DNA of 64,000 nt from NCBI GenBank assembly GCA_964495685.1, contig CAZBVQ010000001.1:105521-169520 (forward strand). The letters run 5' to 3'. A program made the translations under genes and the position numbers. Below the pieces are notes generated by a model. The model was given only the letters and a program-made list of their open reading frames with translations. It did not search any database and was not told where the DNA came from. The stretch comes from an uncultured Candidatus Saccharibacteria bacterium. Lineage in GTDB: Bacteria > Patescibacteriota > Minisyncoccia > Phycocordibacterales > PALSA-1337. How positions within the stretch are numbered: the stretch's first letter is position 1; each line of letters begins with the position of its first letter. Shown here one piece after another: positions 37,696 through 46,820 of the stretch.

Positions 37696-38457
37696 ATGTC
37701 ACAAAAACTCATTATCGGTAACTGGAAGATGAATCCGGCCACACTCGATGAGGCCAAGCAGATTATCCGCAAGACGCGAGCAGCAGCCAGCAAGCTTGAG
37801 CATATACAAGTCGTAGCTTGTCCTCCGTATGTGTTTATTCCTGCCGCGATTTCAAAGCGAGATGCAGATACTCTCGAAGTGGGTGCTCAGACTGTTTCAT
37901 TCGAAGAGGGAGGACCTCATACAGGTGATGTCAGCGCTTCAATGCTCAGCAATCTAGGCGTTCGCTATGTGATTGTCGGTCATTCAGAAGAACGTGCGGC
38001 AGGTGATACTGATGAGATGGTATCAAGGCGCGTTAAAGCTATAGTTGAAGCCGGCATGAAGGCTGTGCTCTGTGTTGGCGAAAAGGTGCATGATGAAGGT
38101 GGTGCGTATCTCAATACACTCGCAGATCAGATCAAAAGTAGTCTCGCCGGTGTTCCAGCTCATCTTGCAAAAAATATTATATTGGCCTATGAGCCGGTCT
38201 GGGCAATCGGTGCAAAAGAGGCGATGCAGTCACAGCAGATTCACGAGACATCTATTTTTGTGCGCAAGACATTCTCGGATGTATTTAGTCAGAACCAGGC
38301 CATGAAGGCACTCGTACTCTATGGTGGTTCAGTCAATTTCCGCAACGCCCACGAGATCATGACGGTTGGCCAGGTGGATGGACTTCTGGTGGGGAGGGAG
38401 AGCGTCAATATTCCAGGGTTTGTTGAATTACTGAAAGCGGTGGATGCGATAGGATAA
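37696..38457 (+). CDS. tpiA: triosephosphate isomerase
   Basis: GNWKMN, GHSEER, CVGE motifs. Confidence 0.95.
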   Translation: MSQKLIIGNWKMNPATLDEAKQIIRKTRAAASKLEHIQVVACPPYVFIPAAISKRDADTLEVGAQTVSFEEGGPHTGDVSASMLSNLGVRYVIVGHSEERAAGDTDEMVSRRVKAIVEAGMKAVLCVGEKVHDEGGAYLNTLADQIKSSLAGVPAHLAKNIILAYEPVWAIGAKEAMQSQQIHETSIFVRKTFSDVFSQNQAMKALVLYGGSVNFRNAHEIMTVGQVDGLLVGRESVNIPGFVELLKAVDAIG

Positions 38458-38466
38458 CTAATACCT

Positions 38467-40095
38467 ATGTACGTATTGAAATTCATATATCGAAACCTCG
38501 GTCGTTTCAAGGGGCGATTCAATCTTGTTTTTGTCATGGGAGTTTTCGATGGGGCTGCAACATTCCTAATTCCTGTATTGCTGGCCGAATTTACCAAGAA
38601 TACATTTTCTGCAAGCGATTTTCGCGGACTATGTGTAGGAGTTGTTGTTTTGTATCTCGCTTCGTTGGGATTTCAGTGGGTCATCAGACGTTTCGGGGAG
38701 TCTATAGGTCCGCAGTTCGGAAATTATATTCGCCTCCATTATTTCCAGATGCTTGAGCGTCTTTCGGTCAAAGAAATTTCAAAACAACATTCCGGGTATG
38801 TTCTTTCACTGATCAATAAAATATCCGATGGTGTGCCTGCTATTTTCATGGACATATTCTGGGACTTCGCCAAAGGCCTTGCGAACGTCACTCTGTTTTT
38901 CTATTTCACCGCACAAGAATCGTTTTCGGTTGCTATCATAAACCTTGTCGTATTGATCGTGTTTGTCAGTATCGGTACGTATTTGGCACGGAAAATGGTG
39001 CCACTTGCCAATGATCTCAACAAAAAGAAGGCGTCTCTCATGGAATCATACGTTGATTTCATGGCGAATATCATTACCGTTAAGAAAATGAACATATACA
39101 GTTTCGTTGAGGGTAAATTGACAACAAAGACGGATGATAATTATCGCCAAATAACCAAACTACAAAATTTCCACTCAAATCGTTGGCTTCTTTCTCATGC
39201 GCTATTTGGTATCGCCTTCCTTTCGACCATAGGTTTTTTGCTTTTCCAGGTATCTACCGGCGCAATGTCTGCGTCAATCCTGATTCTGTTCGTCGCTGCC
39301 TACGCGCTCATTCGTACCAACATGGAACGTCTCACTGAGAACATAAAGTCGCTCATTGAAATGAAGGCGTATATCCGCAGTTTGGAATCTGTCATTTCTG
39401 GTGAGCAGATAGCGTACGGAAATACGGCTATATCAGATTGGCATGAAATAGTTTTCAAAAATGTCGTCGTTCGTCACGAGGGGACAGAGAAGAATATAAC
39501 CATTCCTGATCTATCGATTCGAAAAGGAGACAAGATATGTATTATGGGTAAATCAGGCCAAGGCAAAACCACGCTCCTCAACTTGATAGCTGATTTCGTG
39601 AAGCCAGATACTGGTGTAAGGGCTGTGGACGGTATCGATTACGCTCAAATCAACCAAGATTTTTTCAAGAAGACGATAGCTCTTGTGTCACAGGAAACTG
39701 AGCTGTTCAATGTTTCGTTGAGAGAAAACATGGTTTTGGGCAGAATGGGGATTGAAGATCGTATGGTCGGTGCCCTGGATTCACTCGATATGCGTGACTG
39801 GATACATGGTCTCGATCAGGGACTCGATACTGTCGTCGGTGAGAAGGGGGCCAGGTTGTCTGCGGGACAGAAACAGCGCATCAATTTCATTCGTGGAGTG
39901 CTCTTGGATCGAGATATTATCATTCTTGATGAGCCGACATCTCATCTGGATGATGCGACTGAGGCTCGTGTCGTCGACTACATAGCCACGCATCTCGCGG
40001 ACAAGACCCTCATCATCGTTTCTCACCGAGAAGCATTGAAGGCGGTGTGTAATAAGTGCTACAGTATGGAACGTCATACGTTAGTGGCTGCATAA
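38467..40095 (+). CDS. ABC transporter, fused permease/ATP-binding protein (exporter type)
   Basis: Six-TM N-terminus; Walker A GKSGQGKTT, signature LSAGQKQR, Walker B IIILDEPTSHLD. Confidence 0.9.
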   Translation: MYVLKFIYRNLGRFKGRFNLVFVMGVFDGAATFLIPVLLAEFTKNTFSASDFRGLCVGVVVLYLASLGFQWVIRRFGESIGPQFGNYIRLHYFQMLERLSVKEISKQHSGYVLSLINKISDGVPAIFMDIFWDFAKGLANVTLFFYFTAQESFSVAIINLVVLIVFVSIGTYLARKMVPLANDLNKKKASLMESYVDFMANIITVKKMNIYSFVEGKLTTKTDDNYRQITKLQNFHSNRWLLSHALFGIAFLSTIGFLLFQVSTGAMSASILILFVAAYALIRTNMERLTENIKSLIEMKAYIRSLESVISGEQIAYGNTAISDWHEIVFKNVVVRHEGTEKNITIPDLSIRKGDKICIMGKSGQGKTTLLNLIADFVKPDTGVRAVDGIDYAQINQDFFKKTIALVSQETELFNVSLRENMVLGRMGIEDRMVGALDSLDMRDWIHGLDQGLDTVVGEKGARLSAGQKQRINFIRGVLLDRDIIILDEPTSHLDDATEARVVDYIATHLADKTLIIVSHREALKAVCNKCYSMERHTLVAA

Positions 40096-40104
40096 TTATT
40101 TTTC

Positions 40105-41247
40105 ATGAAAACAATCCGCGATATTGAATATGTTGATGGAGTAAAGGTGCTGGTACGCGCAGATTTCAATGTGCCTATCAAGAAGGGAGCAGTGGGGGAT
40201 GATTTTCGTATTCGTGCAGCTTTGCCGACTATTGATTTTTTAACCAAAAAAGGGGCAGTTGTTATTTTGGCTAGTCATCTGGAATCGATAGATGGTGACA
40301 ATCCATCATTGGCACCTATTGTCAAGCATTTGGAGAAATTGGGCGTGCCAGTCACGTTCATTAAAGATTTGAAGAATGCCCACCAGATTATCGAGGCGGG
40401 AATCAAGGATAAGAAATCAGGCGACACCGTCATTTTCCTCCTCGAGAACCTGCGTTTCTCGGATGGTGAAAAGAATAATGATCCCACCTTCGCCAAAGCG
40501 CTGGCCTCACTCGCTGATGTGTATGTGAACGAAGCATTTCCGGTCTCACACCGTGCGCATGCGTCCATTGTTGGTGTTCCCAAATTTCTTCCAAGTTATG
40601 CTGGGCTTCAGTTCGAAAAAGAAGTAGGCCATCTTTCAAAAGCATTTACCCCAGGACATCCATTCGTATTTGTGCTCGGTGGTGCCAAGTTCAATACAAA
40701 GCTCCCGCTTATCGCACGATTCTCGACAATGGCAGATACTATTTTCCTTGGTGGAGCGTTGGGTAATGACGCTTTGCTTGCGAAGGGGATTTCAGTCGGC
40801 ACCTCGAAAGTTTCGAACGGCACAGTTGATATTTCGGCTATGGTAAGTCAGCCGAATATTATCTTACCTATTGATGCTACTATTCAGGATCATTCTGCAA
40901 AAGAGATAGGCTCTATCAGTGAGAAGGACGCCATTCTCGATGCGGGTCCTCAGACGCTGGCCTTGGTCGGTGCCAAGATTGCCTCGGCGAAGTTTATTCT
41001 CTGGAATGGCCCACTTGGTCCTTATGAAGGCGGATATGTCGAAGGTACCGAATCTGTGGCGAAGATGATCGCTGATCGTACGCAGGCAGATACGGATGTC
41101 ATCTCGATGGTGGGTGGGGGAGATACGTTGGCCGCTATCGCCAACTTGGGTATTGAGGACAAGTTCACTTTCGTTTCTTCTGGAGGTGGTGCCATGCTCG
41201 ATTTTCTCGCAAAGGGGACGTTGGTGGGGATAGAGGCGTTGGGGTAA
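40105..41247 (+). CDS. pgk: phosphoglycerate kinase
   Basis: VLVRADFNVP N-terminal block; 380 aa. Confidence 0.95.
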   Translation: MKTIRDIEYVDGVKVLVRADFNVPIKKGAVGDDFRIRAALPTIDFLTKKGAVVILASHLESIDGDNPSLAPIVKHLEKLGVPVTFIKDLKNAHQIIEAGIKDKKSGDTVIFLLENLRFSDGEKNNDPTFAKALASLADVYVNEAFPVSHRAHASIVGVPKFLPSYAGLQFEKEVGHLSKAFTPGHPFVFVLGGAKFNTKLPLIARFSTMADTIFLGGALGNDALLAKGISVGTSKVSNGTVDISAMVSQPNIILPIDATIQDHSAKEIGSISEKDAILDAGPQTLALVGAKIASAKFILWNGPLGPYEGGYVEGTESVAKMIADRTQADTDVISMVGGGDTLAAIANLGIEDKFTFVSSGGGAMLDFLAKGTLVGIEALG

Positions 41248-41414
41248 TTTGTGAGTTAAAACACAAAAACGCCTCAAAATCGTGGTCTTGCATACCCGTG
41301 TCGCATGAAGGAGGTTGTGCAACTGGCTCTAGCACTTGAAGGTATCAAAATCAACTTGAAAAATAATGTCTGCAGGTGTAGGATGGGTTTAAACCTAACC
41401 AGGAGTTCATAATT

Positions 41415-41666
41415 ATGAGAAGGCAAGAGTTTTTACGGGCGACCTTGGCCTCAGGGGCGAACCATGTTGCACCCGGTCATGGTGGCTGCTGCGAAGAAGA
41501 TGATCATGTTTGTACGTGTCAGTGTCACGATCCAGAAACTGGACACATGATGCACCACGTCGGCCCTTGTTGTGAAACGGCCTCCTGTGGACTCAACATT
41601 AACCATGGCTTCATGTCGCATCATGTTGCTCATTGTCCAACGTGTCAACGTGAATCTCACAAATAG
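41415..41666 (+). CDS. small Cys/His-rich protein with a twin-arginine (Tat)-like signal peptide
   Basis: MRRQEFLRATLASGANHVA (RRxFL Tat motif and AxA site) followed by about 60 residues with 9 Cys and 9 His (CC..HVCTCQCH..HMMHH..CC..C..HH..HCPTC). AGGAG sits 7 nt upstream of the ATG. Confidence 0.45.
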   Translation: MRRQEFLRATLASGANHVAPGHGGCCEEDDHVCTCQCHDPETGHMMHHVGPCCETASCGLNINHGFMSHHVAHCPTCQRESHK

Positions 41667-41708
41667 TCTGGGAGGATCCTACGTGCGCGCTTCGAAAGGG
41701 GCCGCTTT

Positions 41709-42077
41709 TTATTTGAGCGCCGCAACAATCTTCTTCTTATTCCCCTCAAAATCATTTTTGTCACCTTTGACCTTGTCACTGGGGAATACCCACACGTGAG
41801 CATGCTCGATCTCCTCACCGACGATCTTACTCAGCACTTGGTCACAGTCGAACGCCTTACGCTGTGCATTGGCGACCTTTGCTACCACTTCGAAATAGGT
41901 ACCAACATTTTCAACATCCCAGACCCAGCGGTAGTGCTTCTTGGGAATAACGAGGGCGTGACCAGGTGAGAGAGGACGAATATCGAGGAAAGCTATGAAG
42001 TCAGTATCTTCATAGACAATATGGGCAGGAATTTCTCGGGCGATGATTTTGCAGAAAATGCAGGTGGACATATCCAC
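41709..42077 (-). CDS. HIT-family (histidine triad) hydrolase
   Basis: Histidine triad HAHVWVFP; CIFCKII N-terminus. Confidence 0.85.
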   Translation of the reverse strand: MDMSTCIFCKIIAREIPAHIVYEDTDFIAFLDIRPLSPGHALVIPKKHYRWVWDVENVGTYFEVVAKVANAQRKAFDCDQVLSKIVGEEIEHAHVWVFPSDKVKGDKNDFEGNKKKIVAALK

Positions 42078-42144
42078 ATTATATCCTAGGTTTGGCCTAG
42101 AATCATTCCTAGGCCCGGCCTGGGTGGTGGGGTATAATCGCCCT

Positions 42145-43959
42145 ATGTCCTATACCACTCGCCGCCCATTGACTCTCGATGAACGCAACCGTGTCGGTGG
42201 TGCATCTGATGTTGTGGCACACCTCTTGTTCCATCGTGGTATTACCGATGCGGGAGCCGCCGATACATTCCTGATACCGAGCTATGATGTCCATGTCCAT
42301 GACCCATTCTTGCTCAAAGATGCTGAGCGGGCCGCTGAACGGTTCATCTCTGCTATCCAAAAAGGTGAGCGTATCGCCATCTATTCTGACTATGACGCAG
42401 ATGGCATTCCTGCAGCGGTCATGTTCAATGATTTCTTGAAAAGGATTGGATATGCCAATTACACCATCTATATTCCTCATCGTCACAATGAAGGTTTTGG
42501 TGTGAATGAGGATGCGGTAGAACAGCTTGCACGGGATGGGGTCAAGCTCATGATCACTGTCGACTGTGGCATTTCTGATGTTCATCCGATCACTCACGCG
42601 AATAGTCTGGGCATAGATGTCATAGTCACGGATCACCATGAGCCTCCCGCCGTATTACCACCGGCGTTCGCGATCATTGATCACAAACAGGCAGATTGCG
42701 AATATCCAGACAAACATATCTGTGGATCAGGCGTCGGATTCAAGCTCATTCAGGCAATTATCAAGAAAGCCAAACATCTAGCGTATGCACTCGGTAATCT
42801 GAAAGACGGGCACGAAAAATGGCTGCTCGACATGGTGGGTATCGCGACACTTTCTGACATGGTTCCTCTTACGGGGGAGAACAGGGTATTTGCTCGCTAT
42901 GGATTGTCGGTGCTGCGCAAGAGTCCACGCAAAGGGTTGATGAGATTATTGGCAAAATTGAAAATGAATCAGGCTCATTTAACTGAAGATGATATTGCCT
43001 TCATGATCACACCGCGCATCAATGCCGCTTCACGTATGGGTGTGCCCATGGACGCATTCAAACTTCTGGCCGCTGACAATGACACTGATGCAGAGTTCTA
43101 CGCCACACATCTCGATGAGATCAATAATGAGCGCAAGGGGATCGTGGCTGCATTGGTCAAAGAGATCAAGAAAACAGTACGTGAGCGATATGGGGAAACA
43201 ATACCATCGGTGATAGTGCTCGGTAATCCCGATTGGAAGCCATCATTGCTTGGTCTTGCTGCGAATTCATGCGCCGAAGAATTCGATCGCCCCGTCTTTC
43301 TCTGGGGGCGTGATGGTGACGATGTGATCAAGGGGTCATGTCGTTCTGAAGGAAAGAGTAATGTGGTCGAGATCATGCGTGGTATTCCCAGTGAGACGTT
43401 CCTGCAGTTTGGTGGACACAAACACTCGGGCGGATTTGCCGTAGCGAATGAAAGGGTCCATTTCTTGGAGAAGGAGTTGAATGAAGCAGCAGTAAAAATA
43501 AATTCGAAATTCGAAATCCTAAATCCTAAACAAATTCGAAATTCGAAATTCGACTTGTCTGCCGTAGCCTTGGCGAAGGCGGAAATTCAAAACAGCGAGG
43601 AAATGGATTGGGTTGATATGGAGTTGAAACTGGAAGACGTCACCTGGAATTTGCAAGAAGATATTGATCGTTTGTCACCATTTGGTATGGGTAATCCCAA
43701 GCCACTCTTCATATTCAAGAATGTCCGACCGGCTGAGGTGCGTATGTTCGGCAAGGCCAAGGATCATGTCGAGTTGGTATTCAAGAAAAAGAGTGGCGCA
43801 TCACTTTCTGCTATTGCATTCTTTGGTGGCGAGAATGAGTGGGCGCAACAGTTAATCGCTGACAAAAATAGAGAGGTTGATTTGATTGCATCAATCGAGA
43901 AGTCGATGTTTCGGGGGAGGAAGGAGCTCCGGTTGAGGGTGGAGGAGGTCCTCGTATAG
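42145..43959 (+). CDS. recJ: single-stranded-DNA-specific exonuclease RecJ
   Basis: DHH motifs (DYDADG, ITVDCG, VTDHHEP) and DHHA1 domain. Start at the internal Met; a TATAAT lies 6 nt upstream (leaderless-like). Confidence 0.9.
   Translation: MSYTTRRPLTLDERNRVGGASDVVAHLLFHRGITDAGAADTFLIPSYDVHVHDPFLLKDAERAAERFISAIQKGERIAIYSDYDADGIPAAVMFNDFLKRIGYANYTIYIPHRHNEGFGVNEDAVEQLARDGVKLMITVDCGISDVHPITHANSLGIDVIVTDHHEPPAVLPPAFAIIDHKQADCEYPDKHICGSGVGFKLIQAIIKKAKHLAYALGNLKDGHEKWLLDMVGIATLSDMVPLTGENRVFARYGLSVLRKSPRKGLMRLLAKLKMNQAHLTEDDIAFMITPRINAASRMGVPMDAFKLLAADNDTDAEFYATHLDEINNERKGIVAALVKEIKKTVRERYGETIPSVIVLGNPDWKPSLLGLAANSCAEEFDRPVFLWGRDGDDVIKGSCRSEGKSNVVEIMRGIPSETFLQFGGHKHSGGFAVANERVHFLEKELNEAAVKINSKFEILNPKQIRNSKFDLSAVALAKAEIQNSEEMDWVDMELKLEDVTWNLQEDIDRLSPFGMGNPKPLFIFKNVRPAEVRMFGKAKDHVELVFKKKSGASLSAIAFFGGENEWAQQLIADKNREVDLIASIEKSMFRGRKELRLRVEEVLV
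43497..43556 (+). repeat. in-frame tandem/interspersed short repeats (aattcgaaat units, cctaaat x2) inside recJ
   Basis: aaataaattcgaaattcgaaatcctaaatcctaaacaaattcgaaattcgaaattcgac, encoding [20 protein letters not shown]. Confidence 0.7.
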
Positions 43960-43981
43960 GTTTTCTGATATACTCGTCCGT

Positions 43982-44698
43982 ATGAATTCAATTATCATCT
44001 TCACCGACGGCTCTTCTCGAGGTAACCCTGGTCCTGGTGGATGGGGTGCAGTTATCGTCAATGGTTCACAAGTGACCGAGCTTGGTGGTGGGGAACAACA
44101 TACAACAAACAACCGAATGGAGCTCAGCGCAGTCATTGGTGGTCTCAAAACTGTCAGTGCTGACGAAGCCGTTACCATCTATTCCGACTCCTCTTATGTC
44201 ATAAATGGTATTACCAAGTGGGTGGCTGGCTGGAAACGCAATGGCTGGCTCACCAAGACCAAAGATGAGGTTCAGAATAAAGATCTTTGGATGGATCTCG
44301 ATGCACTCGTCTCCAAGTTGGGCCCAGGTTCAATTTCCTGGAAATACGTCGGCGGACATGTCGGTATTGCAGGCAATGAGCGTTGTGATGTCATAGCCAC
44401 GTCATTTGCCGATGGTGAAAAGGCGGAGCTTTACAATGGACCAATTTTTAAATATTCAATTCCGAACATTCTCGATATTTCACATGATGAGATCAAGGTG
44501 CAGGCCAAGAAATCTTCGTCGTCACGCTCGAACAAGCCAGCGTACTCATATGTCAGTGCCGTCGGTGGCAAGATCCAGATTCATCGCACCTGGGCTGAAT
44601 GTGAGAAGCGTGTCAAAGGGGTGAAGGGAGCTCGATTCAAGAAATCATTTGATGCCATGAATGAGATGGAAATCGTGAGTGAATTTGGCGGACATTAG
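43982..44698 (+). CDS. rnhA: ribonuclease HI with a C-terminal hybrid-binding-domain-like extension
   Basis: N-terminus IFTDGSSRGNPGPGGWGAV..NNRMEL..DSSYVING..W..VGGHVG.AGNERCD is RNase H1. C-terminus AYSYVSAVGGKIQIHRTWAECEKRVKGVKGARFKKSFDAMNEM resembles the RNase H1/caulimovirus viroplasmin HBD. Confidence 0.85.
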   Translation: MNSIIIFTDGSSRGNPGPGGWGAVIVNGSQVTELGGGEQHTTNNRMELSAVIGGLKTVSADEAVTIYSDSSYVINGITKWVAGWKRNGWLTKTKDEVQNKDLWMDLDALVSKLGPGSISWKYVGGHVGIAGNERCDVIATSFADGEKAELYNGPIFKYSIPNILDISHDEIKVQAKKSSSSRSNKPAYSYVSAVGGKIQIHRTWAECEKRVKGVKGARFKKSFDAMNEMEIVSEFGGH

Positions 44699-44707
44699 AC
44701 CACGCCG

Positions 44708-44760
44708 ATCAATCTTCAGCGAATCTTCATCGATTCTTGAATATTTCTTCATTACGAATA
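44708..44760 (+). repeat. intergenic repeat copy 1 (shares an identical 25-mer ATCAATCTTCAGCGAATCTTCATCG with 46770-46794), immediately upstream of the comEC-core gene
   Basis: Direct sequence comparison; the downstream about 30 nt is related but rearranged (TTCTTGAAT / TTCTTCATT / ACGAATAC blocks). Confidence 0.8.
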
Positions 44761-44776
44761 CCTAGAATGACTCTCT

Positions 44777-46132
44777 ATGAACAGGAGGGTCTTTTTGTTT
44801 TGGGTGATACTGATTTCCTGTGCACTGGCTCGGGTGATTTTGTCGCACGCTGTCGCGCCGGATATTGGATCGTGCCTCAAGTCTACTGTCCATGGTATTG
44901 GGATAGTGAATGAAGATCCCTCACGATCAGAGGGTGGGCAGGTGCTTATTATTCGTGCCGAACACCTATTTATGGCGACTTCTTCTGATTCGTGTGCGGA
45001 TGATCTACTTATTCGCATGAAAACCAAGCCATACCCTCGATGGGCATTTGGTGACGCTGTATCTTTCTCTGGCAAAGTATCCAAACCATTCAATTTCAAG
45101 AGTGATGTTGGTCGGACGTTCGATTATGTCGGATATCTTGCCAAAGATGATGTGTACTACGAGATCAAGAGTGCGACCGTCGAACGTCTCGAGGATACCA
45201 GACACGGATCGCTCGCTGGGCGAGTCGAGTCACTTCTGTTCAAAACGAAACGCCACTTCGTCACCAATATCGAGCGGACCCTGGGCGAACCTCACGCTGC
45301 ATTAGCCGCTGGGCTCGTCGTAGGGGAGAAGAGCGCTCTAGGCAAAGACCTGCTCAATGATTTCCGTATGGTCGGACTTATTCATATTGTTGTCTTGTCG
45401 GGATTCAACATAACTATCGTCGGAGATGCTATGCGTCGCATACTCTCATTCTTGCCACGTGTCTGGGGTATCGGTGTCGGCGGCGTAGGCATCATCTTGT
45501 TTGGTGTTATGGTCGGCGGGGGTGCCACAGTCGTTCGGTCTTGTTTCATGGCTTCTATTGCACTGTCGGCAGATCTCATCCGTCGTGACTACAATGTGAC
45601 GCGTGCACTCATATTCGCTGGGCTACTTATGGTCATCCAGAATCCGGCGATCCTCTTGCACGATCCTTCATTCCAGCTCTCATTCTTGGCGACATTGGGA
45701 CTTATCTTGCTCGCCAGTCCTATCGAGAAGCGTCTGACGTTCATTACGGAGAGGTTCGGTATCCGTGGCATTGTGGCTTCAACTATAGCGACGCAGGTAT
45801 TTGTGTCGCCCTACATTCTCTATACGATGGGCACCATTTCTATTATTGGCATGGTGGTGAATATTCTAGTGTTGCCGATTATTCCCGTTACTATGCTTTT
45901 TGTATTCCTGACAGGGGCGACAGGATTTATTTCATTGAATGTGGCACAGATATTCGGTTGGGTATCACACATGTTGCTCACGTACGAGTTGCATATGGTG
46001 GAGTGGTTCGCCCAGACTCCATTCGCTGCCGTGACCTTGCCGCAATTCTCTGGTTGGTGGGTGGCGGGGTTTTATGCTGGATTCTTCGGAGTGTTTGTTG
46101 TGCTAAGAATGAGAACATGTCGTACGAACTAA
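44777..46132 (+). CDS. comEC: ComEC/Rec2-family DNA internalisation channel protein, N-terminal and competence domains only
   Basis: N-terminal OB-like region then polytopic Competence domain (LIHIVVLSGFNITIVG..); lacks the C-terminal metallo-beta-lactamase domain. Confidence 0.8.
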   Translation: MNRRVFLFWVILISCALARVILSHAVAPDIGSCLKSTVHGIGIVNEDPSRSEGGQVLIIRAEHLFMATSSDSCADDLLIRMKTKPYPRWAFGDAVSFSGKVSKPFNFKSDVGRTFDYVGYLAKDDVYYEIKSATVERLEDTRHGSLAGRVESLLFKTKRHFVTNIERTLGEPHAALAAGLVVGEKSALGKDLLNDFRMVGLIHIVVLSGFNITIVGDAMRRILSFLPRVWGIGVGGVGIILFGVMVGGGATVVRSCFMASIALSADLIRRDYNVTRALIFAGLLMVIQNPAILLHDPSFQLSFLATLGLILLASPIEKRLTFITERFGIRGIVASTIATQVFVSPYILYTMGTISIIGMVVNILVLPIIPVTMLFVFLTGATGFISLNVAQIFGWVSHMLLTYELHMVEWFAQTPFAAVTLPQFSGWWVAGFYAGFFGVFVVLRMRTCRTN

Positions 46133-46159
46133 AAAGACACCCTATGGTGTCTTTTGTTA

Positions 46160-46741
46160 CTACTGCGCTTTATTGAAATTCTCTTCAATTACGCTCCAAT
46201 TGAGATTCTTGAAGAAATCTTCGACATACTGCTTCTTGCCTGAGGGCTGGTAGTCAGCGACGAATGAGTGTTCCCATAGGTCGAGCGCGAGAATGGGAGC
46301 GACACCGGTCAGATGGCCGAAGTGTTGTTCATCTACCCAATACTGGATCAACGTGTCAGTTACCTTGTCATAACCCAGCATGGCCCATCCTACACCACGG
46401 GTGGTGGCGAGATTTTTGAAGATAGTCACAAATGTCTCGAAAGATCCGGTCCACTCAACTATTTTTTTGTACAGTGCAGAATCTGCTGAGATCTCCTTGG
46501 GTCCACCCTCAAATGCGCTGAAATAATATTCGTGGTTGCGCATACCATCGAACTCGAATGCCTGTCGACGATAGGTCTCGCGACGAGCGTATTCGGGGAT
46601 AGTCTGATTTTCGACAACCTCATGTACGAGGTTGAAGTGCTTCACATATCCTTCATAGAGCTTGAGATGCTCTTCGATCGTCTTCTCGGAAATGCCAATA
46701 AGTTTGGGGATCTTGAATGTTTTTGGGGTGAATTGTTTCAT
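46160..46741 (-). CDS. sodA: Fe/Mn superoxide dismutase
   Basis: DLWEHSF..YQ (DxWEHAYY-type) C-terminal motif and the N-terminal His/Tyr pattern. Confidence 0.95.
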   Translation of the reverse strand: MKQFTPKTFKIPKLIGISEKTIEEHLKLYEGYVKHFNLVHEVVENQTIPEYARRETYRRQAFEFDGMRNHEYYFSAFEGGPKEISADSALYKKIVEWTGSFETFVTIFKNLATTRGVGWAMLGYDKVTDTLIQYWVDEQHFGHLTGVAPILALDLWEHSFVADYQPSGKKQYVEDFFKNLNWSVIEENFNKAQ

Positions 46742-46769
46742 GTGGCTATTGTATCACATGACCACACGA

Positions 46770-46820
46770 ATCAATCTTCAGCGAATCTTCATCGCTTCTT
46801 CATTTTTTCTTGAATTCGTA
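46770..46820 (+). repeat. intergenic repeat copy 2 (identical 25-mer), upstream of the ComEC MBL-like gene
   Basis: See copy 1. Confidence 0.8.

Noticed and set aside
41667-41708. Possible terminator between the Cys/His-rich ORF and the HIT gene
   Set aside because: Could not draw a convincing stem-loop with a U-tract on either strand.
43441-43560. Repeat cluster considered as a possible CRISPR or mini-satellite
   Set aside because: Lies in-frame within recJ, has no spacer-repeat periodicity and no cas genes. Reported only as a coding tandem repeat.
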